DNA of 63,302 nt, filler included, from Atractiella rhizophila (Eukaryota): assembly GCA_021432655.1 (NCBI GenBank). It is 3 parts of 3 records of this genome, joined end to end, with 100 filler letters (N's around TTAATTAATTAA, not from the genome) between each part and the next. Parts side by side here need not be neighbours in the genome. Positions count along the whole stretch, not along the records: positions 28,643 to 60,065 come from MU271499.1; 2 more parts are not named here. One strand, written 5' to 3'. The notes beneath the pieces were generated by a model. It did no database searches and was not told the DNA's origin. It worked only from the letters and a program-made list of their open reading frames with translations. Each line of letters starts with the position of its first letter. Position 1 is the first letter of the stretch. Below are positions 44,552 through 57,039 of the stretch, one piece after another. The position numbers and the translations under genes were made by a program.

Positions 44552-47500
44552 ATGCCTCCCAAATCTGGTCTGAAAGAAGGAGTGTCCCTTCCCGAAACCT
44601 TCGATCCGACGAAGGAAGCTCCTTGTGTAGGACACACTGGGAGCAAGAAGATTGCAATCGTTCATGTGTTGGAGGACTTCAAGCTTAAACACGATGGGAC
44701 ACCTCTCGCTAGCTGCAAGGCTTGGAATGCACAGAAGAGTGCGGGTCTCGCAAAGCGGCGCTCCCTCCTTGCACCTGTATTCCAGCCTCCTTCGTCCTCC
44801 CAGCCCCTTTCGTTCAATGACAATCAACATGCCTTCCTCATTCCTCGAACCGATAGTGGACAGAGTATCCAGCATGGTCCACCAAGCGAAGCAGGATACG
44901 CTGGCGACATCGAAGACTTCGAATGTCCCCCAGCTCCAGCTCCAAACAAATTGCCCAAGTCTAAAGCTGACTTCCAGCCCACATCTCTTGTAGAGATAGG
45001 CGAAGCAGTTGAAGCTTTGAGGCACGCTGACTCTCCCGAATTCCACTTCTCCCTTCCTCTCGAATTCGTTGACCTTGGAACCATCGGATCCCTGCCTTCT
45101 ATCCGACAGATGGGAACGGATCATCCAGTCATCGAGCACATCAAGTCTGTCATCCAAAAAGTGTGCCAAATGCTCTGGGATCGTGCAGGTTTCCGTTTTA
45201 AGTATGTTTTGGTTTCTTTGGGATTTCATCAGTCTTATAATTGGGAATAGTCTGAAAGACACGGATGTGCATGGAGAAAATCGACGTTGGCGCTACTATT
45301 GTGCACAGAGTGTCGAGTTGGAGACGGAGCGAAAAGGGGACAAGCGATTTCGTGAAGGGAGGGAGCGGTATGATTGTAAAGGAAAGCTGACTGCTACGGT
45401 TTGAACCCATTTCCTTATCCGTGTCAATTTTTGCTAAACCACTTTAAATTGCAGTTTCACCCTCAACGTCCTGACCTCCTCCTCACACTTCGGGCTCATA
45501 AGCACCACCCTCCCTATCAGAACCGATTTGTTGCCAATTCTGTCAAGGTCTTTATTGCGACGAATAAGGATTGCACGCCACGAACGATCTTTGACCGACT
45601 GCTGAAGAGTCCTCTTCGTAAAGGAGAAGCATCAAACGTGACCGAAGGGCAAGTCCACTTCTGGTGGCGTGAGTTCAACAAGGCGAACTGGGTGCTTGAT
45701 TCGAATGAGGAAAAGTCGATGGAAATGTTGATTGAAAGATACGAGAAGTTATCAGAGGATGCTGAGTTGGCTGGAATGGTGAAGAAAGTGTCGACGATTG
45801 TGAGCGGCAAGAAAGCATTTGGATTTACTTGCCCAAAAATCATTGAAATGCTGGAGCTGGATTCAAAGGTGCGGAAGCTGGAGTGGGCTTTGGACTCGAC
45901 ATGTGTGGTTCTTGCTGCATATCATTTGTTGCATCACTAACGAATCAAGCAGACAAAACGGATCGTGGAGGTCATGAGCTGTTCGGGATGTTAGCAGAAG
46001 TGGAGGGAGTCGGAATTCCAGTCGCCTACTTCTTCCTTCCCACCCTCGACGACTCACAGGAAGGCACAAAGACCACCCTCCTTCGAAACATCTTCGTTCA
46101 ACTCCTCTCCCAAGGCATCCATCCTCTGCTCCTTCTTATCGACAAGGACAGACCTGAAATTAATGCCAGTAGTTCAGTTTGGCCGAACACTCTCATCCAA
46201 CTGTGCTACTGGCATGCAAAGCGAGCTGTCAGCGTCCGATTGAAGAAGAAATCACTCGAGACACGGACAACCTACGATCCTTCAACAGTGAAAAAGATTA
46301 TTGGCGACTCTCCCGAATTTGATGAATGCTGGGCTGTTGAGGGAAAGGATCGTTATGGTGAACACAAAGATGGCACTTGCAGCTGTCCAAGTCGTCAGAT
46401 TCGAACAACAAGCACCTTCCCTTATGCTCTTTCCCTTTCAAAAGGTGCCAGCAAGAAAAAGGAAGCGCCGCTTCCAGGCAACTCTGCTGGCAAGCTTAAA
46501 TCAGATGCCTCCATGCAGAGTATTACCGACGTTGAAGGGACGGCTTTTCGCTCTGATGTCTCGATGCGATCTGCAAATGACGGTCGAGCGGATTTGCTGA
46601 AGACTCTCTCAGGATTCGCGCAAACCAGTGGACGAGCCGAAGGCGCACTCTACAGCACCATCTCGAAAGCAAGTTCCTCTTCATCCTTAGCCCATCCGGA
46701 TCCTATTCCTTTCAGTACAACCTCTTCTTCAAAAGCACCTCCTTCGCACAGTATGCTCAGTGCCTTCAAAGTACCACCACCGCCTCTCCCTCGCTCTCTT
46801 ACCCCTTTACAGCCTTCCGCTTCTGCCTCCTCTATTCCCTCACCTCTCAGTCATTCAAACATCGAGCTCCTGACCAGCACCTCTCCAATTCCAGCCATAT
46901 CGAAGACGTTCTGTCCAACAAAGCTACAAGATGACCTGCTTCACCTCTTTGCTCTTCATCTCAACTATCATTCAGCATTTCCAACAGATGGAGAGAATCT
47001 GGATTCAAACCAGCTTCACCGAAAAGCGACACTGGCAATGTATTCATTCTGCAAAAAGAATGGGTTGGTAAACTGTTGGAGGTATCTGTGGTCAGAGTGG
47101 TATCGTCCAGGAAACTGGGAGATGTGGGCATTGAGCGCAAAGGAGGATTTTATTTCAGTTTTGCGGAGCACGATGATTATCGAAGGACATTGGAGCGATG
47201 TCAAGGGACACGAGCTTGTTCATTTCAATGCTCCACGACTTGACTTTGTCGGTCACTCACTTATCACATCTGTTCTTCCTCGTGCATTGGAGAAGCTTAT
47301 TTTTCTCAAAAGCAAGAATCGCGCACAGTACAATCCTCCTTGGAGGAAGAACTTCAAGAAGACTTGGATCGAACTCTCGAAACGCAAGATCCCTTCCTCC
47401 ACAGCAGCTTCTCCCAATCCAACTAAAATGACTTGCACCTGCCCCTCGATTCTACTCAATCGCTTTCGACTCTGCAAACACCTTGTCCAATCATTCCGCA

Positions 47501-48123
47501 TGCCTCCTGACTCCTTCTTCAATCATGTCCAACGGCACACGACAATTCCGATCTGGACTGGACGACCGAATGACCTCCTGCCTGCCGTCATGACAATCGA
47601 TTCAGTTGAGGAGGACGAGTTAGGAGGGCTGACCTTGAAAGAGGAGGAGGCAGAACCCCATCAATCTTCAAAGTTTGAGAGGTTCATTTCTGGTCGAGGA
47701 GACAGTCATTTGAAGCCTTCGCATGACTGGGACGATGGATCAACGCGGGAGGAAGAGGAGGATTTCGCGGAGTACGACGAGTTCGGAAAGGAAATGGCAG
47801 CTCCAGAAACAGCCCGTAATCAGTTACAACGCAGCATCGACGTCCTTGACGAATTACGTGGCTACCTTGCAAGTCAGCTTGCTCTCGGAAATCAGAAGTT
47901 CGCCAACAGTGTTGAGAAGGCTTTTGCTGGTAACAGGAAGATGCTGGAGGAGTTAAGGGCCGTCGAGAGCAAGAAGAAGGCTGATAAGACCTGGAGAAAG
48001 AGAAGGGCACCTGCCTCAATGTATTTTCAACGAAACGATGAGTCTGCTAAATTTCGTTCCACTTTCCGTCCCTTAGCAAGTTCTTCATATTCTCTTCCTA
48101 ACACGACAAAAAAGAAGCTATGA
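44552..48123 (+). mobile_element. MULE (Mutator-like) DDE transposase with SWIM zinc finger, 3 introns, apparently intact
   Basis: Spliced LDSTYKTDRGGHELFG (D1), LIDKDRPEINA...VWP...QLCYWH (D2, CxxH), RSTMIIEGHW (E), SWIM CTCPSILLNRFRLCKHL, N-terminal RYYC..RYDCKG..HKHH FAR1/WRKY-like DNA-binding motif; TIRs not identified. Confidence 0.85.
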
Positions 48124-50386
48124 TTCGCTGTTAGTCCTCGTTCTCGAATGTGCTGTTCTGCAAATAAAAATGAAACGAAGATGATCAGGTTATCCCCTTT
48201 TGCTTGACCTTGCTGTTCTCTCATTTGTGATATGTGAAATGATCATGACCATTCCAGTTTTGATAGACAGAACAGTTCAGAACAAGAAGCAGAATCCTCG
48301 CTTGACAATATTCCCTTTTCGCTTTCCCCCTCCCTTCCCCGACACGGCTGCCCCCTGAAGGCGTGTCGTGTTCCTCGATGCAGCAGCACGATCTGAATCA
48401 GCCAAGTCGAAGCATCTGTATGACAGAATGAAGCTGGAGTTGAGGACTGACTGACCGATTCACGTCCGAAAAGGCCCCACCACTGCCTTCTTTCGAAGAT
48501 GCAGATACGACTTCTTTCAGTTTAGGACCGAAAACCGTGTGGAGTTTTGAGATGTGGCTGTGTTGATAGAAAAGGGCTCGGAGGTTGAAGGGTCCTGGGA
48601 TCAATGTTACCGAACTTCCTTCGTCGTCGTCACAGTGTCGAGGGCAACGATTGTCCCGTCATTCGTGCTATTCAAGTCCACCCCATGAATGAATATCAGT
48701 ATCTCAATGACAAGAAGTGGGAGGAAGTGAGATAAGCCAAGAAGAGAGCATATCAGTATCTTCCAACTGACTGTCGCAATAGCACCCATCATGCACTCTT
48801 CTCCATTCGCACTCGATCGCTTGCATAACGGTGTCTGCAGAGAGGACGCTTCGAATCTCTGACGGCTGTCACCACACAGGTGCCCTATTTTCTTCGGCAC
48901 CTTTCTCCAATGCCTCTGTGCAATGCAAACCATTTCCAAACATTACAAAGCACACACCTTGCTTGCACCCCTCAAAGTCCCTCTCCCCACTCCAGTTTCT
49001 CATTCTTTCGTCACACATCTCCCACTCGTCCACAAATCTTGAGGAGTCATCGCAGCGAGCGAAAAGCGTGAGGGGTAGTCGAAGGTAGGTGACAATTGAG
49101 GCGAAAGAGGGTGTCATCGCCGATTTGAGGTGGAGGCGTCGGAAAGCACTGCCAAGGTACGTTAGGTTGTTCGCGATGCAGATTTACGAACTGTTAGGGA
49201 TAGGAAAGAGCTTACAGCTACACCTTGTACTATTATACTTCGATCCAAGTGGCGCTTATTCGACTGAACCGAAAGTCCATTCGTCATCACCGTTCCGGTC
49301 GTTTCAAGTGATTTCGATGGGAATTAAAGCTTTTACACCAAATTCAGCGATTTCAAGTAAGTATGAGCGTAAGTACACACCTTTTCATGACCTCATATCC
49401 ATTCCACAGCCGTTCCTTCGTTTGCTAGCAGTATTCTCAGGTTGCTACAAAAAAGTTCCTTTCCCTCATTTAAAACAGAATTACGTCCTTCTCTCCGTGA
49501 ATATGAGATTACACACCTTGTTGCGACCTATTCCAAGCTGACAAGGATATCCTAAAACCTGTTCCTCCCACAAATTTCGTCATCGTTGTCGTCGAAGGAA
49601 GTTTCCATGATCGGGTCGATTTTGTTGGTTATCAAGCGGCCCCGTTGTCGGGGGAAGCATCGAAAGCTGTTCGTGGTGTAATTGAAGGGAGTGAGGAGGA
49701 GACGGAGCGTGGGGGGAGGGAGAGGTGGTGGGTCAGTGCTGCTCTGCGCTTGCGCAGGTTTGCGCATAGTCACATGATGGGAACCTTAAATGATGCCATG
49801 GGGGTACTCCACTTGGGAAGGTGGAAGGAGTGAAGCGAGAATAGCGAAAAAGATTGTGAGTTCAGCTTAGCTAGATTGACCACCCACTGGTGACAAAGCT
49901 TTGCAAGGCGACCATTAGACCATTGACTGAGACCCTGAATTAAGGGAGAGAAGGAGGTTGAACGCTTTGAAAAGCAGACCATTATTCCAGTATTGCAGGA
50001 AGACCTCAGTCGATGTCGATATCGTCCATGTTGAAAACGACCTTCGTTACATAATGTCGTTAATGCCATTTGTGGAACAGCAAAAGCTTGCGTTTCTTCT
50101 GATGCAATACCCTGGACTCCTGCATTGCTTATATCATGCCATAGTGATAAGAATAAATCGCAGTACATTAATCACTTTCCCGTCCACGTCCACGTCCGTC
50201 GTCCACCAAAAGATTATGACATTCACGTACATCAGATCACATGTTCTCTTTGCTCTTCCAGAAAAGGAAGGTCATGCACGCGCTCGAAAACTTTTGTTGT
50301 CGATTCTCGATCTTTCAACGAATTATTACGAATCCTGAGAAATTACTGTTAGAATTACTGCAGCTTGCACTCAACGATCTACCTTT

Positions 50387-53300
50387 ATGGCGCTCCAAAC
50401 GAGACTCCCACAGGTCATCAATGCCGCTCTTTCCCCTTTCACGAGTGCAGAACAGAAGCAAGAGGCGTATGCTTTTCTGGAGCAAGTGAAACTAGCAAGC
50501 GCAGCCGAATCCACTTGGAAGGAATGCCTAGCTTTGTTCACGCAGGGAGGAGAAGGGGTTGGGCCGGAGTGCAGGTTGTACGCTCTCCAGGTTGTGGATG
50601 AAGCTTTGGGCAATCGGTGCGCGTTTCTTCAAACCGTCAAGACGTGATCGGTTAGCTTGTTCTCTTTCCCTGTCGTCGAGTTGCTATGCACAACTTTCGC
50701 AAATATCTTAAATTAAGAATCAGCCACTCTCTGGTGCATGAGACCTGTGTGTATCAAGCTGAATCTGCTGCCCACCACCTCCTTGACATAACAGTGACTC
50801 GTTAGGGTGACGACGTTGTTCCTTGTACGGGATGAATGGCCGTTCTCAGTGGCATTGTCTCCTGAGACATAACAAAAGCCCATTGCCCTAGATCATCTAT
50901 CGCTCTTCGATCTCCTATATATTGAAGCTAAATCTATCTCTGGCTGCTCTGTGTGCACTGAAGCGATCCCCAGGCTGTTCACTGCTTCTTATCTCTCTCA
51001 ATAGGATCGATTTGATGCGTGGACAAAGCATTTTGTGACTGACTTCGACTTGCGTGTCCATTTTAGGTTCGCAGAAGTATCTAATCAGCAGAATTTGGTC
51101 GAGACGGTCCGTCAAGAGCTATTGCTATACCTGTCTCGTGTTTACATCGAAGGCACCGGAGAGGAAACTAATTGTTTGATATTCCTTCAGTTCTGTAACC
51201 CTTCTCTTACTCGAGCGAACAGACATTAAAAACAAACTTGCACAAACCCTCTTCTACCTCTTCATGCGAACCTACACTACCACTTTCCCCGATTTTTTCA
51301 CCGTTTTCATCGCCCAAATTCGCTCCTCTTCAAATTCTGCCCCCTCCACACCTCCTGCCGGTGGACAGTCTCTGAATCCTCGTATCATCGATCTGCTCTT
51401 ACGCATATTGCACGAAATAGCAATGGAACTCTCGGATGCTATTCTTCGAGGAAATAAATCCCAAGAACGACTGGCAATAGATGCCGCTTTGAGAGACAAT
51501 GTGAGGGCAAAAGACGCACCACTCATCGCGAAAACCCTTTGGGAAATCATGACGGAATATCTGACTCAAATTTCAACTGCTCGCAATGCGAAAGCTGAGG
51601 AAATGTTGGAGATGGTGGTCCGTGTGGTTGCGGATTACGTTCGTACGGCCCGAATCCCCAATAATCCCTTTTGCTAATGCGTTTGGGGAAACAGCTTGGA
51701 TTGATATCAACCTCATGGTCACACCAACCACGGTGCCGCTAATTCACAACTGCATTTACCCCTCCTTCGCCACATCCACGCACCCTTATTATCCCATTCG
51801 AACTGCAGCAGCAGATGCCCTGATTGAAACGGTTTCAAAAGGGATGCCTTCCGGCGACAAAGTAGAACTAATCAACGCGCTCCAACTCCCCGAGCTGCTC
51901 AATTCTTTAGTCACGATAGGGAGGGAAAATGGTGCATCTGAAGGGGAAGAGTCTCTGGAAGTCTTTCGAGAGAAGCTTGCGAAACTACTCAGTAGCATAG
52001 GAAACCAGCTATTCCTCATTTTTGACGACTCAATGGCGGCTGCCGAGACGAAGACCGCCGCCCTCAACCTGATGAATTCTCTCCTGCCACTGCTGCTAAC
52101 ATTCCTTGGAGACGTTCATGACGATACATCGGTTGCAGCTATCCCTTTCGCTCTTGGGGTCTTAGGATACTATAAGAAAGAGAAGAAGGTAAATCAGCAA
52201 GCTCGCGTGCGGGATGAAGGCGCCAAGGCGTTCCTGACCCAGTTGCTGAGCGAAGTTATGAAGAAGATGGAGTATGGTGTCGATGCTGACTGGAGTCTCG
52301 ACTCCGGGGATGACATGGATGAAGATCATGCCAAATTCTTGGAACTTCGGAAGGTACCGTTCCCCTTCTAACCTCAGCCCTTTCTAATTCCTCTTCAACG
52401 GATTAGGGTTTAAAACAACTGTTTGATGGGATCGCTGCTATCGACGATAATCTTTTTGGAAGCACCGTTTATGCTTTCGTCCTGTCTGTTCTCGAAACTC
52501 TCCAGTCCACGCCGTCCACCGTCACATGGCAGCTTGCTGAACTCGCGATCTACGTCCTTTACATTTACGGTGAAGCATCTAAAGGTGCAGCAATCACAAT
52601 TTATTCAAAATCGTCAACTGACTACTTTCTTACAGCTGCGACTGGGCAGGCTGGCTTTGTAGTCATTCCAGAAGGTGTTTTGAAACAGCAACAGAGTCGT
52701 TCCAAAACCCAAACATCAAATCAGCAACCTGCAGAGCTTGATCACTCCCAGTACCCCCTTTCTCCGTTGGGTGAGATGATGTATCGAGTCATCAAGTCCA
52801 ACATCGTTACTTTCCCTCACTCTTCTGTTGCCCTCCAGTTCTTTGAATGCGTCGTTCGATATCACGAGTTCTTTAAGCTAAGTCCTGATTGCATTGGCGA
52901 CGTACTGCCTAGTTTTATGGACCAGCGGTGAGTGTATTTGCGTTTTATGGAACGGTGTCTAAAACCCTGTAGTGGCCTGCATCAACCCGATATGGCCGTT
53001 CGCTGCAGGATCTACTATCTCTTCAACCGCTTTATCTTCAATTCCAAGAGCATTATTCAATCCCAAGTTTCGGGTCAACTTATCAGCGACATATTGAGTC
53101 GCATGCAGGCAGGTTTGGCCAATTTCCTAACGACATACTGACAGTCTGCCAGGACATCATGATCATTCGAGCGGAGCTTCCTCAAGCAGAGTCACCTCAG
53201 GAGGATATACTGACCAAAGCTACACGTACGGCATCCCCATTCGACGCACAACTGTACCTATTCGAGACAATGGGCACTTTGATCTCGGTACTCAATCAGA

Positions 53301-54696
53301 TTCCAGAACAACAAGTCATACTCCTTCGCGCTGGTTTTGCTCCTCTCCTTTCAGACCTTGAATCCAACATTCGCACCAGCATTAGCAGCCCAGCGGATGT
53401 CGTTGCTATTCTCCAGCTCCATCATGTCATAATGGCAATCGGGAACGTCGCAAAAGGTTTTCCAGACGTCAGTCCGAGGAACTTAGAGCCAACGGGAGAA
53501 TGGATCCAGGTTTTCAAGGAGGCAACAGATCGTATACTGGCAGTATTGAAAGTGATGAGCGGGATTGCAGTAATTCGGGAAGCTGTGAGAAAATTGTCCA
53601 CAGATCGAGTAAGGGCTGACATTTTGCTAGTCTCGATTTGCTTTCAATCGCATAGTCACAACCGCAGGATCTTCCGTTCTCCCTCTTATACCTACGTTGA
53701 TTGACTGTCTCATCAACCAAGTTACCCTGACAGAACTGGCTGAGTTCACATCATTCTTGGGCAATGTTATTCACAAGTACAAAGTGAGCCTTGTGTTCTA
53801 CTCCAAGAATGTCGATGAACAGGTCAATAGGCTCACGTGCTAGGAGTGCTTGATAACCTCATCCTGCCGCTGTTTCAAAGGGTCGTCTATTTCCTCAATC
53901 AACCGATAACCGGCACAGACGACAAGGTGCAACAATCCGAATTGCGGCGTGCACACTTTGGTCTCATTAACATGATCATCAATTCCCATCTACATGAGGT
54001 TTTTGTTTCTCCTAGTGCGTTCCACGTCGTTTCACGACCTATTACTTACCCTTCTATAGCGAACAGACCCCAGTTTGAAGAGATTCTGAAGACGACAATA
54101 CACTTCATTTCGACGAACTCTCTTCCCCCAGACCAGAAACAAGGCTTTCTCGTTTTGAGGAACTTCACGACAATCTGGGTCGAGCCGATCTCTCCCGAAG
54201 CAGAGGAGAACTCGAAATCTATTACTAAGTTCAACAACACGAAAGCTCTGCCTACCTCCACCCCAATACCTGGTCTCCACAACTTCTTTTACGAGCACGC
54301 TGTACCCGTCGCAGTGGGATTACCGAAGAGAATGGATGCAGACTACTCAGATGCGGGTACCTACGATGTGCGTTTCTTTGCATCTAGTTTACTCGAATCA
54401 TTTAGTGATAACTGGGCAGGTTATTGGAGAGATCTACTTTTTCCTCCGACAACTCTATTTAAAACGAGGTGAAGAGATGTCACGGCTGCTGCTCACACAA
54501 GTCCTCCCAACAGCCGGTTTTACACCTGATCAAGCAAAGGAGTTTGTCGAAAATGTAACTCAAAACAAAGAGTAAATATTTCCATCACAAGAACTGCCGG
54601 TTGCTTACCATGCTGCACAGGTACCGAAAATTCAAGACCTACTATTCCGACTTCTGCAAAGCTAACAAGCCTCCGTTCAATCCTCATACGTCCTGA
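50387..54696 (+). CDS. LOS1: Exportin-T (tRNA exportin)
   Basis: KQEAYAFLEQVK, IKNKLAQ, RDNVR, WIDINL, LIETVSKGM, QFFECVVRY..FF, GLHQP..VRCRIYYLFNRF, FDAQLYLFETMG; HEAT-like helical protein, multi-exon. Confidence 0.9.
50720..50872 (+). ncRNA. Candidate intronic H/ACA-like RNA in LOS1 intron 1
   Basis: ACATAA (ANANNA, H-box-like) at 50786-50791, putative hairpin CTC..AGGGTGAC/GTCTCCTGAG, then ACA at 50867-50869; folding not computed. Confidence 0.25.
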
Positions 54697-55290
54697 GCCT
54701 TTCAGCATACATACTCGTTCAATTCCACGTGCTTCTTCCCAATCGTTTGTCGCATCGAGTTTCCAGCGCATTATCTTGCAATTTCATCGTGTAAGTAAAA
54801 TAATTATTACTGAAAGCGAAGTGAAGCACAGCGCTTTCTCGATTCTGAACGGGTCTAGCCTATCACCATTTGGCCCTGCCCTCCAAAAGCTGCTTGCCAG
54901 TTTTGATAGGTGCCTACGGGAAGTAGATGTTCGGCAAGTAATCTAGGTAAACTTGGTCATGATCTCGAACATGGCTCCTATTGAATTGGTGCGTGCTTTC
55001 AACAATCTTCGTTGAATTTTACAGCCAGAGCTCCTCCTACCGTTAACTAATTGTGTCGCCATTTTTCACTATTGCTTCCGTTGGAAAGTTTCAGACCTTT
55101 TAAGGTGTATAAGCTCAAAAGTTTAGAGTTCTTTGTTCAGTTGCACGAAAAGTCGAGGAGCAAAATTTGAACAACTGCCAAGCTTTAGAATTCTCTTACA
55201 ACATAAGTTATGCCCTGAGAAAGTGATGTTGGCAATTCAGCGTTCTTTCATTAATTCCAACAAGACTGGTTAGCTTTGACAGTGATTCAT

Positions 55291-56380
55291 TTACACCATC
55301 CCTCCATTAATTCTCAAATTCTGACCATTAACCCACCTCCCACCGTCTGTCACAAGATAGCTGACGAGACCAGCTACATCTTCAGGTTTCGCGAGGTCTT
55401 TGAGTGGATTTGCGTTCTTGATTCCATCAATCATTGCCTGTGGTTTACCTTTGGTAAACAGTTCAGTGTCGGTGGGACCGGGAGATATGACATTGGTGGT
55501 GATTTTGCGAGATGTGAATGAGGGATCACGAGAAAACACCCTCCCCATCTGTTCGATGGCACCTTCATGTTTGGATTTCATAAGTCCGTCTGTTTTGGAG
55601 ATAAGAGGACTGAGACAAATCACGAACCTTTCGTGGCGACGTAGAGAAGATAGCCTGGCGTGAAGGTCCACGCTGCTGTCAATCTAGGAAACATATTAAC
55701 GCCTCTTAACAATCAAAAAAAGGCTATGTCACGAAGTTGAGAAGAGGATAATCTTTCCTTCTTCTCGAATTTGAGGCGCTAATTCCTGTCATCGTTTTCA
55801 GCCTCCGCTTGTGCAGAAATTTTGGGGAGTGAACCAACCTGTACCAAAAGCAAAGGACCTTTGACGTTTGTATTGAACATCTCTGTATAATTCTCTTCTG
55901 TGACATTTCCAAGGTGGATCATGGGCATGATACCAGCGTTGAGAACGAGAAAGTCGATTCCTCCCAGCTCTTTGACTATAGACGAAATTAAGTGAAGGGT
56001 GGAACTTGATCCAACATCTCCTCGAATAAGGGAATGGGGTGGATGTGCAACTGGAAGCTCCGAGAGGAGTTGTTCAGCGGCGGAGGTGTTAGTGTTGAAG
56101 TTCAGCAGAATTGTCGCTCCTTGAGCGGCAAGGTTGCGTGAGATCTGCGACCAACTCAAAGGTTAGCATCGATAACATTGGTATACGGTGTTTCGCGTAC
56201 AGCTGCCCCAATACCCCTAAAATTTGTTTCAACAAAGATGGGACGCGTGTCGTTCGGGGACTGGCTCACCTGGAACCCCCAGTAACTGTAATGGAAGCCA
56301 AGGGTGGTTAATCGATAAGACGCTACTCGTGAGGCCAGACGCTTACCAAGTGCAATCTTTCCAGTCAGTCTGCTCGTCAT
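55291..56380 (-). CDS. Short-chain dehydrogenase/reductase
   Basis: LTGKIALVTGGSRGIGAA, LVLNAG, YVATK (YxxxK), NVISPGPTDT, WVNGQNLRINGG. Confidence 0.93.
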
Positions 56381-57039
56381 ATCAGTAACGTTTGATTTTG
56401 AGTTCCTAGTGAGTTTTCTGTATCGTTTGAACAATCTGACCAGATCGTGACAGTGTTGCCCATCATGGTCGCCTCCTGTTGCATCTTATATGAATTGCTT
56501 CAGTGCTGGATCATCTCTTGCACCGATATGCCCGACTTCCTGCTATCAACTGCGCGGCTTCATTCTTCCACATCAGCCATTGTGAGACCGCTACGAGCGA
56601 CATGGACCGACGACCATCAGAAAAATTGGAGGGATGTGGAGCGGCTAGATCGGGCAGGAAGCGGGAAGTGGAGGAAAGTGACAAATGGGAGCAGTCCAAG
56701 TTCTTCCCGCGCGCATGGACTCGTGGGCTGCTGTCGCGGTCGAGAGCGGAGAGACGGTATTGAGTGGGAATGTCTCAAATTACATCTTTTCCCGAGACGA
56801 ACCAAGATGGATGTGCAACGACTGATGGGTATAATTCACATGTGCATTACCTGGGCATAAACGTAGCAAAAGTACAGGCCAACAACGTGTTATCCGTCAT
56901 ACATCGTCCCCTCCATTCCGCCATATGATTTCTATTCGCTCCTCCTCAGCGTCGGATCCCTCATGTATGAGCCTCCACCAATCCCCACCGATGTCCTGAA
57001 CGCCCCTCAGATAATATGTCTTCTTCTCGATGCCCTCGA

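Noticed and set aside
44510..45262. Long antisense ORFs (also 5112-5795, 57204-58058, 34871-35404)
   Set aside because: Shadows of real genes on the opposite strand
43100..49600. Terminal inverted repeats or TSD for the MULE
   Set aside because: No long inverted match found by eye
48398..50338. Short ORFs between the transposase and LOS1
   Set aside because: No coherent exon chain or domain; possibly decayed coding DNA but not assignable
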